Shown here piece after piece: positions 52,004 to 64,000 of a DNA stretch of 64,000 nt (positions are counted from its first letter, which is position 1; the number at the start of each line of letters is the position of its first letter). The stretch is taken from positions 4,154,001 to 4,218,000 of the forward strand of contig CM120640.1 of assembly GCA_051362555.1 (NCBI GenBank), in the 5' to 3' direction. The notes under the pieces are model-generated. The model saw nothing but the letters and a program-made list of their open reading frames with translations. It was not told the DNA's origin and searched no databases. The position numbers and the translations under genes are program-made. Source of the stretch: Lingula anatina (Eukaryota > Animalia > Brachiopoda).

Positions 52004-55000
52004 CTACTCCTGATGTACTACCAGAGTATTCTGAGAGCTGCTTCCTGGAGAATCATCCGAAGTAGTGAACTCAACTTTGTACATCTCGCCGTTTATTTCG
52101 ATGTAATCTCCAGAAGACAGATTCATCAGCTGTTCAGCAGAAAGCTGAATGTCTGAGGCAGCATCTCCAATGATGGTTTTCCCTCCCTGCGCCCCGCCAG
52201 TCACTGACACAGCAGTCACGGTGGCTGCAGGCATAGTTGGGACATTGTCTACCATAGGGGGAGCAGCACTCAGGGTGCCATCAGACTCAATGACCACATC
52301 CCCTGCCAGAGCCTGGAGACCCTGGATTGCTTCCACTGCCTCGTGGTGGACCACATTACTATCATAGGGTGACAAGGAAACGAACTGGCTCACAGTATGG
52401 CTATTTCTTCCTAGGATATTTGGAGAGTTGCTAATAACACCTGACACTTTCTGCTTACTCATGAGCGATCGGGCTAGGTCAGTCAGTTTGACACTCTTCT
52501 CTTTATTGGTAATAGGGTCTCTTTCAATGGCAACATTTTCCCCTGAAGTGCCTTCTTCATCTCTTTGGACTATGGTGATACAGCTGGAGTCCTCCACCAC
52601 ACAGCTTGCAGTACCATCTTTCTTCAGAAATATAGAGATCTTGTGTTTCTTCTTCATGTGGTTGAACAAATTCCTGCGTTGCTTGTTGCGGTACTCGCAC
52701 AACATGCAGGCATACGAGGTGTAGGGGTCATCATCTTCTTCTGTATCCATTACATTGTGTTTGCGCATGTGAATGAGAAGATTGTTCTTCTTGGAAGTTC
52801 TGAAATCACATATGACACAGGAATACACGCCTTCTTCATCCTGGGGGTGAACCTCCCCATGCATGGAGTGGACATGCTTGTACAAGTTTAACAGCTTGGC
52901 AAAGCTCATGGTGCAGTAGCTGCAAGCAAAAAGCTTATCAGCATTACTGTAGTCTGGAGGGTCGTACTTCTTGCGTGGCTTGCCATCGAGACTGGCATTC
53001 AAATCTGGCTTGGCTTCAAGGCTGTCTGGTGGGACCTCATTCACTGTCTCCACCTGGGGTTTGATTTTATCACTAGTGGCCTGTGTTTCTGCCTGTTGAT
53101 CTACTTGTGTTTCTGCCTGTATTTCTGCCTGTGTTTCTGCTTGTGTTTCCGCCTGTTGATCTGCTTGTGTTTTTGCCTGTGGATCTGCTTGCAGATCTGC
53201 TTGTGGATCTAATTGTGGAGCTGCTTGCAGATCTGCTTGTGGATCTGAAGCAGAGGGCTGCTGGCTCTGGCTAGGATCAAGTTCTAATCCACTGATTGAC
53301 TTCTTCCTAGATTTCACTGCTACACTGATGTTGTGCTTAGAACGCATGTGGCGATACACATGTTCTCGCTGAGTGGCACGATACTCACACAACCCACAGG
53401 CATAGGGTTTCTCCTTGGTGTGAGTCAACTCATGGCGAAACAAACGGCTTTGTGCTTCAGTAACAAAGGAGCAATGGGAACAGTAGAATTTCAGCTCTGG
53501 GCCTTTCTTGTGAAATTTCATATGCTGCTTTAAATCCTTCCTTTTACTGGTGGTGAAATTACATATGTGACAGATGAAAGTGCCTTCCACTTCGTCCTTT
53601 GCCTCGTGCCTGCGTTTGATGTGCTGTTTCAGGTCTGGGTTCTCGTTAGCACAGGTGTAATCACAGTACGGGCAGGTGACTTTCTTTTCCTGAAAGAAAG
53701 CAAATTCTATAATTTATCATTCTATTCTTCTGTGCACATTTTTTCAAGATCCTTTTATAGTCTAAAAATCAAAGAATAGTTGTAATCTATAGCCATCTCC
53801 TTAAACAAAGTAGTGAAGATTACTTTCAACACACATAAAACATGTTTTGTGCACTTAAATTTTTTTATTCTATCACCTTTAATATTGAAATTGCACTATA
53901 CTGTAAATTTTTTTCTACTTCCAACTAATGATAGCTTTTACTCAAATCATTAAGTATATATTCTTTACAATAACTGGCAAACATTTAACACCAGCAACAA
54001 CAGTGATCAAGAGCAATATTTAAACAAACGGCAAAATAGGTGTTTCATTGCCTCTTGTATAATATCATTATGATGATTATCAAGTGCATGGTTTCTACAT
54101 GTCATGCCTCATAGGTAGAAACACATGTTCAGTCCCTTTAGAAACACTTTACATTTTGATCATTTTAAACACTTAAAGTTATAACATTACCTCATGCCTA
54201 TATTTGATGTGTCTCTCTAAGTGGATCTTCTGCCTGAAAGCCAGGCCACACTGCGTACACTTAAAATTCCTCTCGTTAGTGTGCTGGGACATATGGCGCT
54301 TCAGGTTGCTGCTGGTGGATGTCTTGTAGTTGCAGTGCTGGCAGACATGGGGCCGAGAGGCTACAGAATAAATGAATGAATATAACTGACGTTGTAGGAA
54401 TGCAAGTACCGCAGCAAGTAATCACCATATAATTTTATTTCAGGTCATTTTTTTTTCAAGATACACTACACAGAGTAACAATGCTTATGCATAAACAACC
54501 AAGCAAAACTTACTCATATGTATTTTCCTGTGCTTGTAATAATTGGTCTTCTTGTTTGTGATATAATCACATTCTTGACATTTGTACATAAACATCCCAT
54601 CCTTCAGTACCACATCCACATACACTGTGGTGTTCTAGAATAATGACAAGTATATTGAATTAGTACAGTTTTGTTCATCAACCAGGGCTTCTCCCAGGAT
54701 TGGGGGTACAGGCTGTCCAAAATTAACATCTGTAATTTCTCACAAAATTTCAGGTAGTCCAAGTATGCCTGAAGCCATCATATTTCCAAAAAAATCTATA
54801 AGCCGTCCAGCCGTCTTTGAAAATATAGACCATCCAGTGATGCTGGTGGCCGTCCAAATGATGGCTTGACAGTTTGCTGGGAAAACCCTTGTCATCAACA
54901 CAATGAACTAGAGGATCAGAGAGGCGATACCGCCTCCGAATATTGTACCACCAGCTGGAGCAAGCGCATTCATATAGACCCCCACATACACAAAAGAAGG

Positions 55001-58000
55001 GACACAGCCACCAGTCTTATGCTTGACAAGCTGTAAAAATGCAATCAACAAGAATTTTCAAAATATGCAAAAAAATATATATAACTTAAAATGGTACAAT
55101 CAAAGTTAAGTTCATCGTAAGGTAGGTCAAAGGTCAATTTCAAGGTCACAGTAAATTGCCAGTATATGACTTCCTATTCAACTTTAATGGTAACTATGGA
55201 CCTATCTCTGCCAGGTTTGGAGTTAAAAGAGAAAGAAATTTGCAAAGTTCAGTTCATAGTTAAAAGTAGGTCAAAGGTCAATTTCAAGGTCATATTTAGA
55301 TTGCCAGTATTTGACTTTCCATGCAAGTTCAATAGAAACTATGGACCTATCTCTGCCAGTTTTGGAGATAAAAGGGAACCAAAATTTGCAAAGTTCAATT
55401 CATGATAAAAAGTAGGTCAAAGGTCAATTTCAAGGTCACACTTAGATTGCCAGTATATGACTTTCCATGCAAGTTCAATAGAAACTATGGACCTATCTCT
55501 GACTTCCTATTCAAGTTCAATAGTAACTATGGACCTATCTCTGCCAGTTTTGGAGATATAAGGGACTAAATGTTTTAATTTTGGAGTTACCATAATGTGC
55601 CATAAATTTCCTACAGAAAAAATAAATTAAAATAAAGAAAATGTCATTTTGGTCAAAATTCTTGAAATAAGAGGTGCTCTGAAGTTCCAGATGTTCAAAT
55701 TTGATGAAATAATATCATTTTTGACCACAAGTTGTCTGCTTTGCCAAGCCTTATGTTTTATTTTTCCGGAGTTCAAAATTTATTATCCATTACAGTACTG
55801 CACATTTTGCTTTCACCACCAATATGTGCAAGTATATGACTTCCTATTCAAGTTCAATAAAAACTATGGACCTATCTCTGCCAGTTTTGGAGATAAAAGG
55901 GAAGCAAAATTTGCAAAGTTCAGTTCATGGTGAAAAGTAGGTCAAAGGTCAATTTCAAGGTCACAGTAAGATTGCCAGTATATGACTTCCTATTCAAGTT
56001 CAATAGTAATTATGGACCTATCTCTGCCAGTTTTGGAGACAAAAGGGAACCAAAATTTGCAAAGTTCAATTCATGATAAAAAGTAGGTCAAAGGTCAATT
56101 TCAAGGTCACATTTAGATTGCCAGTATATGACTTCCTATTCAACTTCAATAGTAACTATGGACCTATCTCTGCCAGGTTTGGAGTTAAAAGAGAAAGAAA
56201 ATATAAGGACCAGAAAACTTGCAAAGTGAAGTTCATCATGAAAAGTAGGTCAAAGGTCAATTTCAAGGTCACAGTTAGATTGCTAGTTAATGACTTCCTA
56301 TTCAAATTCTATGGGCGTATCTCTGCTAATTTTGGGAGTATTTTTTTTCATTTTATGTTAACTACTGAATATTGCATTGTTGTACTATTTAATAAAGTGC
56401 AACTCCTAAACCGTATGGAAAATAAGAAAATGGACACCACCTTTAGTATTGTGCTTGACAAGCTGTACTTCATGCAAAAAACAAGACGTCTCTAGTGTAA
56501 ACAGTTCCACAATTACAGAGTTTTTAGTTTCGGCATCAAATGACTGCTTCTCCCGTGAAAATGCACCGATTGACCCCAAACCCACGAAGATGAAAGGAGT
56601 CCCTAAATAGTAGCCCTCACTATAATATGAAAGCTTAGGTCTGTGTAGTTTCCGAAAATTGGCACAAACAATTCTTTTTTTGCAGAAAATTCCCATTTTT
56701 AGAAAATTTTGGCCTGTTTGACCTTGAAATAAAGGTCAAATGTCAAATCCAAGGGCATATTTGGAAACTCCATATATGACTTTTGGTCAGACCTCTATAG
56801 TAACTTTTTCCAAAATTCCTTCAGTTTGGGAGATATTTAGCATCAAATTTTCAAAAATTTTGACAAGGGTGCATTTCAGTGAGCATCACACCCAGACCAA
56901 TGCACCAACTGAGACAAAAATACCAGGGGGTTCAAGTTGACATTATATGTGACCTAAATCCAAGAGATGGGGACACAGGTCCTTGCGGTCTAGGAGGAGA
57001 AGCGGTAACGGTGACTTGTTTCCGGCGCCCGACTGCGGAGCCGGCGGAGCCGCAGGAGCCGGCGGAGCCGGCAGAGCTGTACGAGACGGGCCGGGACTAA
57101 AACCATGAGTACCGCCAGCGTATACGCTGGTGGTACTAATAATCTTAGCCTTAAACTAACAAGGAGTCATGTTTCTCTCCATGTCCACATTTACATGCCT
57201 CTTACACATAAACCTTTTTTGTCAGCTTTATTAGAACTTTTGATTGATTAAAACTTTTACATTATTTGGTTAATAAAATATGGCTTCATATTGAAAGACA
57301 TGTCCCTTACTAACCTCCAACTCTTCTCCCGTCTCTTCTACCACCCCTGACCCCCCTTCCTTCCCCTGCTGCAGGCTGCTAGGCTTCACTATCACAATGT
57401 TGGGCCCCTTGCCAGCAGGCTGCATAATACGCGTCCCTTCAAAGGTCTCTACAATTGTTGCTGTTGCTGTCGTTGTTGCTGTCGTTGTTGTTGTAACAGG
57501 CACAGGGACATCAAGCTTCACACTGCTGTTTCCATAACTGTGGTCATTGGAATTTGATGGTTCACCTTTATGGGGTTCCACCAGTAATACTACTGAATTG
57601 TCAGCAGCGGCTCCATTGCTGGGCTCTGTTGAGAAGAGCACAAAATCAATGAAGTCACGTAAAGTAGATTTATGCCAAATAGGTAAATATACTGTATACA
57701 CTATGAAAGAAAACTTTCAACAGCTTAAATAGATCCCAAAACGTATCTTCAGATTTTTTCCGCATTAACTTTTTATTTACATAGATAACCCTTGTTACTT
57801 ATAATGGAGTTGCCAGCCTTTATATGCAATTAATAATGGACTTTGTTTTATCTTGTTTAAATTTAATTTTTTTTTAATTAAATTTTGTTAGGATTTTAAT
57901 TTAGTTAGGACATTAATTCTTTATATACCAAGATTAAAGCAAGTTTAAGATTTTCAAAGTAGAGCTGCTTGTGTTTCCTCATCTTCCTATAAATAAATCT

Positions 58001-59887
58001 AAAATCAGGAATTGCCAGACAGACCTTGAACTTCTGAATTCAAGTGCATTACACCCAGTTGTAACATTATGTAATACTGTAATAAAACTCAGTCCAAGCT
58101 CTTCCCTGACCTATCAAACCTACCTAGAAGCTCCTGCTGAGGGTTCTCCTCTGCCACCCCCTCTTGTTGCACTGGAGCATTCCCTGTGATAGAACTGAGC
58201 ACATCAGACAGTTCCTGCAATATGGCTGCCGTCTCAGCTGTCTGCTGCTCCATACTTATGGCCTCTGCTGCTTTGTCAACATCTTCTGGCTGAGCAGTTA
58301 CTGAGACTTCTTGGACTTCTGCAGTATTTTCTGTCTGAGTGAGGGCCTCAGTTTCATCTTTTTTTGAGTCTTCTGGTTTAAATAGAATTTTTTTTTCAAA
58401 ATAATTGTGAATGACTTAGGAAGATCCCTGTTGCTTTTCATTTAATTAACTACTATAACTTATATTTATTCAAAACATTAGTTTGTTTATTAATGTCACA
58501 ATTTCCCTAATTTATATCATAACATGAAATTTCCCAATACCACCTTATTTTATAAAGAGAAGACCTAATTGTTTATCTGTATCTTTAGATCACATTAACT
58601 GCAATATTAAAATGTACCTATCATCTTGACATGTATTTCCACAGTATCTACTACAGCACTAGGAACTGGTTCAACAGGAACACTTGCCAAAGCATCAACA
58701 GCCTGGTCACCTTTAGCAACAGACATCTCTTTTTTCCTAGAAAGAGATCATTTCAACGGTAGTTGAATGTTTTTTAATACTAAACATTTTAGAGAGAAAC
58801 CTTTAACAAAAAATTTCAAAATTTATAAAATCAATAAACAATTTTTTAATTAAAATTTAAATAAATACTGAAGTATTTACAGCAGAGAGAACATTTTTTT
58901 TTCTTTTGCTTTTATGAATGAAATATCATACAGGGAATTATCTTTTTTTACCTTCCTCCTCTTGCCATTCCTTCTTTGGTTTCTGGCGACTTTGCATCTT
59001 GGGCTGAAATTAAATAGATTTAAAAGTATTTTCATTTATATTACAAACCTTTAATTGCAAATTACGTTACTTCAATGGTCCACTAAAAAATTTCATCTAT
59101 GCAAACATTTGGCTTCACTGAAGAACATAAAAACTAGGAAGAAATTATGAAAAATAATGTGTAACTTGATTATATAAATACCTGTTGTTGGTTTCTTTGC
59201 TGATTGCTGTGTAATTAACTCCACCTCCATGTCTTGGAATCTCTTACTCAAGACCCTTTTCCTGGAGGTCCTCCTCAGAGGGGATCCCAATGTATCAGAC
59301 AAATCAGTTGAGTTTGAAGTTTCCATAGGCAAGGTTTTGGGAACCTGAGTTTGCATCTTACACTCATCTGTCTCTGTTAGAGGCTCCGTCTTTGCAGCTG
59401 ACTTTTGGTTTGTGTCTGTCTGTTGCTCAGCTTGTTTCTGAACAGCATTTGACTTATCAGGCTTTTTGACAGGGCTGTTTCTTGTCTTTGGTGCTGTTAC
59501 TTTTGCTTCCCTTGTGGTAGTTGCCTGTGCTCCAGATGTTGTGTTTCTTTTTGAGGATCTAAGAATAGTATAATAAATAAAAGCCAAATACTAGAAACTT
59601 AAACATCAAAAAGTGCAATTATCACCTATTTATTTGTTGTTGTAAATACAAAAGCACCGCGTAATAAATATAACATTGCAATAAAATTACCTTCCAACTT
59701 CAATTTTAGCCTGGTCACATTCTTTCTCAGACTTAACATCTTCCACAGACTTATGTCTTGTGCTTCTGGTGGGAGTCACAGCAACTTTCCCTACTTTAGT
59801 TCTTTTACTTGGAGGTGATGAAGTCTTGACATCTTCGACAGTTGAAGCACTGGCGGAACCCCGCTTTGACCTGGTTGTCATTGACAT
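52004..59887 (-). CDS. Multi-C2H2 zinc-finger protein with a long low-complexity N-terminus
   Basis: Exons 59887-59691, 59558-59182, 59003-58952, 58736-58618, 58372-58124, 57625-57315, 54634-54514, 54360-54191 and 53689-52004 splice in frame. About 10 CxxC..HxxxH fingers (e.g. CQHCNYKTSTSSNLKRHMSQH, HTKEKPYACGLC). Probable non-coding first exon ends at the donor at 61520. Confidence 0.88.
53080..53250 (-). repeat. Coding 12-bp tandem repeat (QAET/QADP/QADL units) between zinc-finger clusters
   Basis: Translation DPQADLQAAPQLDPQADLQADPQAKTQADQQAETQAETQAEIQAETQVDQQAETQA. Confidence 0.85.
54683..54891. mobile_element. MITE with 8-bp TSD (hAT- or P-type)
   Basis: Ends CAGGGCTTCTCCCAG / CTGGGAAAACCCTTG; TCATCAAC at 54675-54682 and 54892-54899. 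Confidence 0.8.
54908..57142 (-). mobile_element. Inverted, composite copy of the 13089-16558 HINE-type family
   Basis: CTAG, hairpin and subTIR at 54908-54954, nearly identical to the reverse complement of 16512-16558; two short blocks of the 146-bp repeat (~55125-55560, ~55830-56330); 5' hairpin at 57108-57140. Confidence 0.85.
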
Positions 59888-59963
59888 GGTTGTGGGCAAA
59901 TGTCAGCCAATGCCTATATTAAAACAAAATGAACACATTATGATAATTTCTGTGACAGCACAA

Positions 59964-60967
59964 CAGTGTTCTCATTTACGGCGTCCCAATATGTGAAAAA
60001 CGCAATGAAATTAAAAAGGACGTAAAATAATCAACACCCTTTCGTCCCAGGGACGAAAAAAAATGCGGTCCTGTTTAGGCGGGTGATTAGTGGGAGAGAT
60101 AAAAAAAAACAACTGAAAGGGATGATTATCTTAGTGACCACGAAAATTATACAGAATGAGTGATGTGATTGGTGAAACTAGCGTATTAATTTACAAAAAC
60201 ACACCGTGTTTGGCAGTTTGCTGGGGCTGTCACATCACTTAGTGCGCCATCTACCGAATGACGCAATACGCAAAATGGCGCTCATTACGGCCGAGGTTAT
60301 CCCTGACGAAAAAGACCGAGGTGTGCCGAATGCAGGTGGTTGTAATGTCTCAAAATGGCGCAGTCCCATGCTAAAAAAAAAGATCCGGACTTTCAACAAA
60401 ACCTGGCTGGAAGATCCCAGTTTTAAAGACTGGCTTTATGTCACGGACAACTTTATGTTTTGCTCCATTTGTAAACGTGCCAAGAAGAGTAACGTTTTTA
60501 CAACTGATCCTGGATGCAGTGATTACCAGAGATCTACACTTGTTCGACACGTGCAGTCCGAACAACATAAGCAAGCGGCTTCTACTCTTAAGGGCCAGTC
60601 AGCTCTACAGCAGGCTATATCCACAGCGGAACAAAAAACAGATGACAACCTCGGTCATCAGATGAAAACTGTGTACTTTTTGGTATCTCATAACTTGGCT
60701 CTAAATCTCTACCCGGACCTTTGCCTACTTCAGTCAATGAAGGGACACTATACGTCAGCTAAGATGTTATATTTTTATTTTGCTATATTTTTACATAATT
60801 TTGACCTGTTACATGTATTTCAATAAACACATTTGTGCAATTCTAAATGGTACTTATTTTTTTTTCTTCTTCAAGAGAAGGACTCGGAAAATTTACATGG
60901 GACTCACATTTTGTCAAACATGTGAGTCCCATGGACTCGGATTTTAAAAAAATTATTGAGAACACTG
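59964..60967 (+). mobile_element. Internally deleted hAT-superfamily DNA transposon with 5-bp TSD
   Basis: TIRs CAGTGTTCTCA / TGAGAACACTG; CACAA on both flanks; subterminal GGGAC(G/T) motifs at both ends; truncated transposase-like ORF inside. Confidence 0.85.
60275..60826 (+). pseudogene. Truncated hAT transposase N-terminus (TTF-type zinc finger, ZNF862/KIAA1586/C17orf113-like)
   Basis: RTFNKTWL..WL..MFCSIC..F..G..RSTLVRHVQSEQH..MKTVYFLVSHNLALNLYPDLCLLQ; similarity stops near 60750; no catalytic DDE region. Confidence 0.75.
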
Positions 60968-61519
60968 CACAATGTAACAAAAAAAAATGATACAAGATTA
61001 TGCTCTAACCTTCTGGCCAAAATATTAGAATAAAGACCTTTGAACATATTTACATGAATCATATCCTTCATTTATCTACCATTATCCACAGAAGTAGAGA
61101 AAACAAAACATGTAGGAGGGCGTAACATAAACGGGATATCAGTAGCACACCTTAACCACCAGATTATATCTGGTTTGATGAATTTTCTACAATTAATTAA
61201 ACAAATATTAGAGGATTAAAATGAATTAAGTTTTAAGAAATAATCCATCAATGGATAAAGCAACGCGAACTGTTCTATTTGTCGATAACCTTGATCAACT
61301 GTGGCTCTCTGCAAACTCCCAGTTACGCACTCTAGGAATTCAAGCATTCGGCAGTTTATCCGTTGCTTAAGGACCTTGCACGGAATGCCTACACTTAAAA
61401 TGATTGCTTTACAACCTTTTCAATTACTCGGTTTTAAGATTCTCTCCATCTAGGAGGTAAGAAAACATCGAATTCCATTTGTGATCTCCAGTGCATAAGA
61501 AGGCAATCTGTAAGCTTAC

Positions 61520-62008
61520 CTTTGATCACGTCATGTACAGTCGTCCTTGGCTATCTTCAACACTGAAAGCGTGTCAGCAGTGGTTTTCCGGGTCAAAATA
61601 TTCTTTTAATTCGCTGTTTTAAACCAAAAGTTGCCTTCATCAAGAAAAATACAATATGTCTTCCAATGCACGCGCTTGGAAGTACATCTTGATTGGTCAA
61701 ATTTGTCAGTCCCTGGGAAGGCGGGAGAAGGTTTTCTTGGTATTTTATGAATAATTAACAAATTGTTTTCATTTTTGTATTCAACAGATATAAAAACCAT
61801 GTATCTGCACTAATGACTTATCTAGTATTGCCAAAAAAGCCCAAAATTATCAGACCAACTTTCACAAAAGCCATCCAATCATTGAGCAGAAAGAATTTAA
61901 GCCCGATTATTTACACCTTTACTTTGACCTACTTTTGATTCGCCGTGAAGCAGGTACCTGTTGCGTCGTGGTGTTGCGGACGGAATGTGATCTCAACATA
62001 CTTTAAAG
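61520..62008. promoter_or_regulatory. Second bidirectional promoter region (zinc-finger gene - / LRR gene +)
   Basis: CpG-richer segment with CCAAT/ATTGG boxes (~61663, ~61692, ~61875) between a minus-strand donor AAG|GTAAGC (61520) and a plus-strand donor AAG|GTAAAC (62008). Confidence 0.5.
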
Positions 62009-62944
62009 GTAAACAGATGGATTGTTTTGAAAAAGAAGTTCGCAGTTATAGCTTGTAATATATTTTGTATTTTTTTAATGTTAACATCGATGGCCTGTGT
62101 GTATTTTTATCGCATTTTAAGATAATTTTTATTACTCCAAATTATCTTTTTGTCCGACACTGGCTGCATGCACTGTTAGACTTGAGTAGCGCAGCATGGT
62201 TGGGTATACAAAAAATAACAAGCAGTGAAGTAGTATTGAGCTGGTGCTCGACATGCTTTGAAAATTGCACACTTGGAATTTTATAGTTCATCTTTTAAGG
62301 CAAATAAATTAAAGATATTTGATTATTATTATTATTATTATTAATTTATTTTCAATTATTTCCAAATTGAAATAAAATAAGTTTGATGCTTGATCATTCT
62401 TCAATTTGAAGTCCTTTGCAAGACTTTGTTAAGCTTTATGTAAAATACTTGTAATGAAAATTTCAAAAACGGAGATAATGCTCAGAGCATGTAATATGCT
62501 GACAAGAAATGTTGATGAAATTGGAGGGTTCAACTGTCTTATGATGCGAAGATTGCCATCAGATAACAAACAATGTGGGAAAATACACTTCTGAAAGCAT
62601 GATAATATTATTATTTTTTTATACAAACAATTTCATTTATTTTTAGTGAAGTTTCATTAGTTCATTGTATATAACCTATTCATATAATTTTGTGTTAGAT
62701 TAAAAGACTTTTAAGTAGGCATTATAATTAGCTTTCATTTTATCTCGTTGGTTTTTTCTGTGGATTAGATTTTTACTGTGTATTGTTTAGGCAATCTGCA
62801 AAAAATGGGCAATTACTTTTCTGTAAGAGACATGTTTATGTTCCTATTGATTTTTTCTTGTTGGTATGCATTCAGTGCACTGACTTATATATAAATTCTG
62901 AGTTTTTTTTTTTTTTTTGTTCCAGGTTCGCCACAAACAACAAA

Positions 62945-64000
62945 ATGGAAGTGCTGCATCACAGTTCTGTTTTCACTGTAGCTGCTTTCACAGTGTTATG
63001 TCTCTCTGGTTGGGGGATCAGTGCCCTGCCCAACCTCACCTGTCCCAAGGACCTGCCACAGGGGTGCTCATGTAACGACACCACAGCCACATTTACTTGC
63101 CGAAACACAAACTTTCAAAATGCTGATGTTCTAAAACAAGTGCCACTGAATGCAAGGACAGTTGTGTTCACTGGGAACAACATCCAAGAGCTTCCTATCA
63201 ACGTAGTGGGAAACTGCTCCCATGACAGCACACTGCAGCATAAGAACTTAACCAGTCTGGATCTTTCCAATAACAGCATCAGAGTGATACCAGGCCAGTC
63301 ATTCCATTGCATTCCTAATCTAAGAATCCTCACATTGAATGAAAACAACTGGATGCTGGACAACCACACGCGGGTGTTCAGCAATTTGGGCAGTTTAGAG
63401 ACTTTGAACTTAAGGAATGCATTGCAGGATAATCCTAGCACACAGTATATGACTTTCATGCGTTTTATTTTGACTGATAGTAATATAATTCAGTTGAAAT
63501 ACTTGGATTTATCCAAGAATGAGATAGAAATTTTTCCCATTAATGCACAGGATATGTTGTGCAAGATCCCGAATCTCCAGTGGTTGGATCTGTCTAACAA
63601 CAAGATTGGCTCAATAGGCACAATGAACCTGAATGTGACCTGCTCTAGCAAACTGAAACATCTTAATCTGACTCAGAATAATATCTCAGTGTTGAAGTCA
63701 GAATTCCTGACTGCTCTGAAAAAACTGCAGCTCACCAATGTATATCTTGGTAACAATCCATTTCTCTGTGATTGTGACTTACAGGATTTCTATAATTGGC
63801 TGAAGGTGAGTAACAGCAGTCACTTCGTTATTGACAAACAAACACTCCAATGTGAATTACCAATACAACTGGCTGATCACAAGATTTTAGATCTGACCCA
63901 GGGTGAACTGGTCTGCTCAGAGGACTTCCCTCAGAAGTCACTGCCTGGCTCCTATGTGGCACTTAGTGTGGTCTGTGGCATCCTGGGCGTACTGACACTA
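62945..64000 (+). CDS. Leucine-rich-repeat single-pass membrane protein, trophoblast glycoprotein (TPBG/5T4)-like; 3' end off window
   Basis: Open frame from ATG 62945 to the window end: signal peptide, LRRNT (CPKDLPQGCSC), LRRs (LTSLDLSNNSI, LKYLDLSKNEI, LQWLDLSNNKI), LRRCT (NPFLCDCDL..WL), then SYVALSVVCGILGVLTL (transmembrane start, SYV as in TPBG). Acceptor at 62925/62926; upstream donor at 62008. Confidence 0.85.
   Translation, partial: MEVLHHSSVFTVAAFTVLCLSGWGISALPNLTCPKDLPQGCSCNDTTATFTCRNTNFQNADVLKQVPLNARTVVFTGNNIQELPINVVGNCSHDSTLQHKNLTSLDLSNNSIRVIPGQSFHCIPNLRILTLNENNWMLDNHTRVFSNLGSLETLNLRNALQDNPSTQYMTFMRFILTDSNIIQLKYLDLSKNEIEIFPINAQDMLCKIPNLQWLDLSNNKIGSIGTMNLNVTCSSKLKHLNLTQNNISVLKSEFLTALKKLQLTNVYLGNNPFLCDCDLQDFYNWLKVSNSSHFVIDKQTLQCELPIQLADHKILDLTQGELVCSEDFPQKSLPGSYVALSVVCGILGVLTL

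Noticed and set aside
52149-53779. Plus-strand ORFs over the zinc-finger exon, and minus-strand ORFs over VPS13D exons
   Set aside because: Antisense shadows of real coding exons.
55166-56940. Recurring short ORFs (also 2122-2430, 13581-13971) as a gene family
   Set aside because: They are translations of non-coding repeat copies with inconsistent frames and no recognisable domain.
13089-57142. Inverted HINE copies as ends of one giant composite transposon
   Set aside because: They sit in introns of two different intact genes, lack a shared TSD and differ in their 5' halves; independent insertions are simpler.

Overview
AT-rich, intron-rich eukaryotic genomic DNA from an invertebrate animal (lophotrochozoan-like by repeat style; the species cannot be determined from sequence). 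It holds four spliced protein-coding genes: the 5' part of FIG4 (minus strand, runs off the left edge); a complete, many-exon VPS13D (plus, 7541-50140), head-to-head with FIG4; a multi-C2H2 zinc-finger gene (minus, 52004-59887), tail-to-tail with VPS13D; and the start of a TPBG/5T4-like LRR transmembrane gene (plus, 62945 to the right edge, absent from the ORF track). Introns contain non-autonomous Helitron/Helentron-like (HINE-type) elements with internal satellite arrays, several MITEs, an internally deleted hAT element with a 5-bp TSD, and a 1.6-kb near-perfect foldback element whose two arms each carry an inward-facing promoter-like module and an ATG|GTAAG first-exon junction. I see no convincing wholly new gene system. 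The best leads are that foldback element, an element that appears to supply a VPS13D 3' splice region, a probable regulated cassette exon, a U12-type intron in FIG4 and back-to-back poly(A) signals. All identifications come from reading the sequence and recalled protein families; no database search was run.
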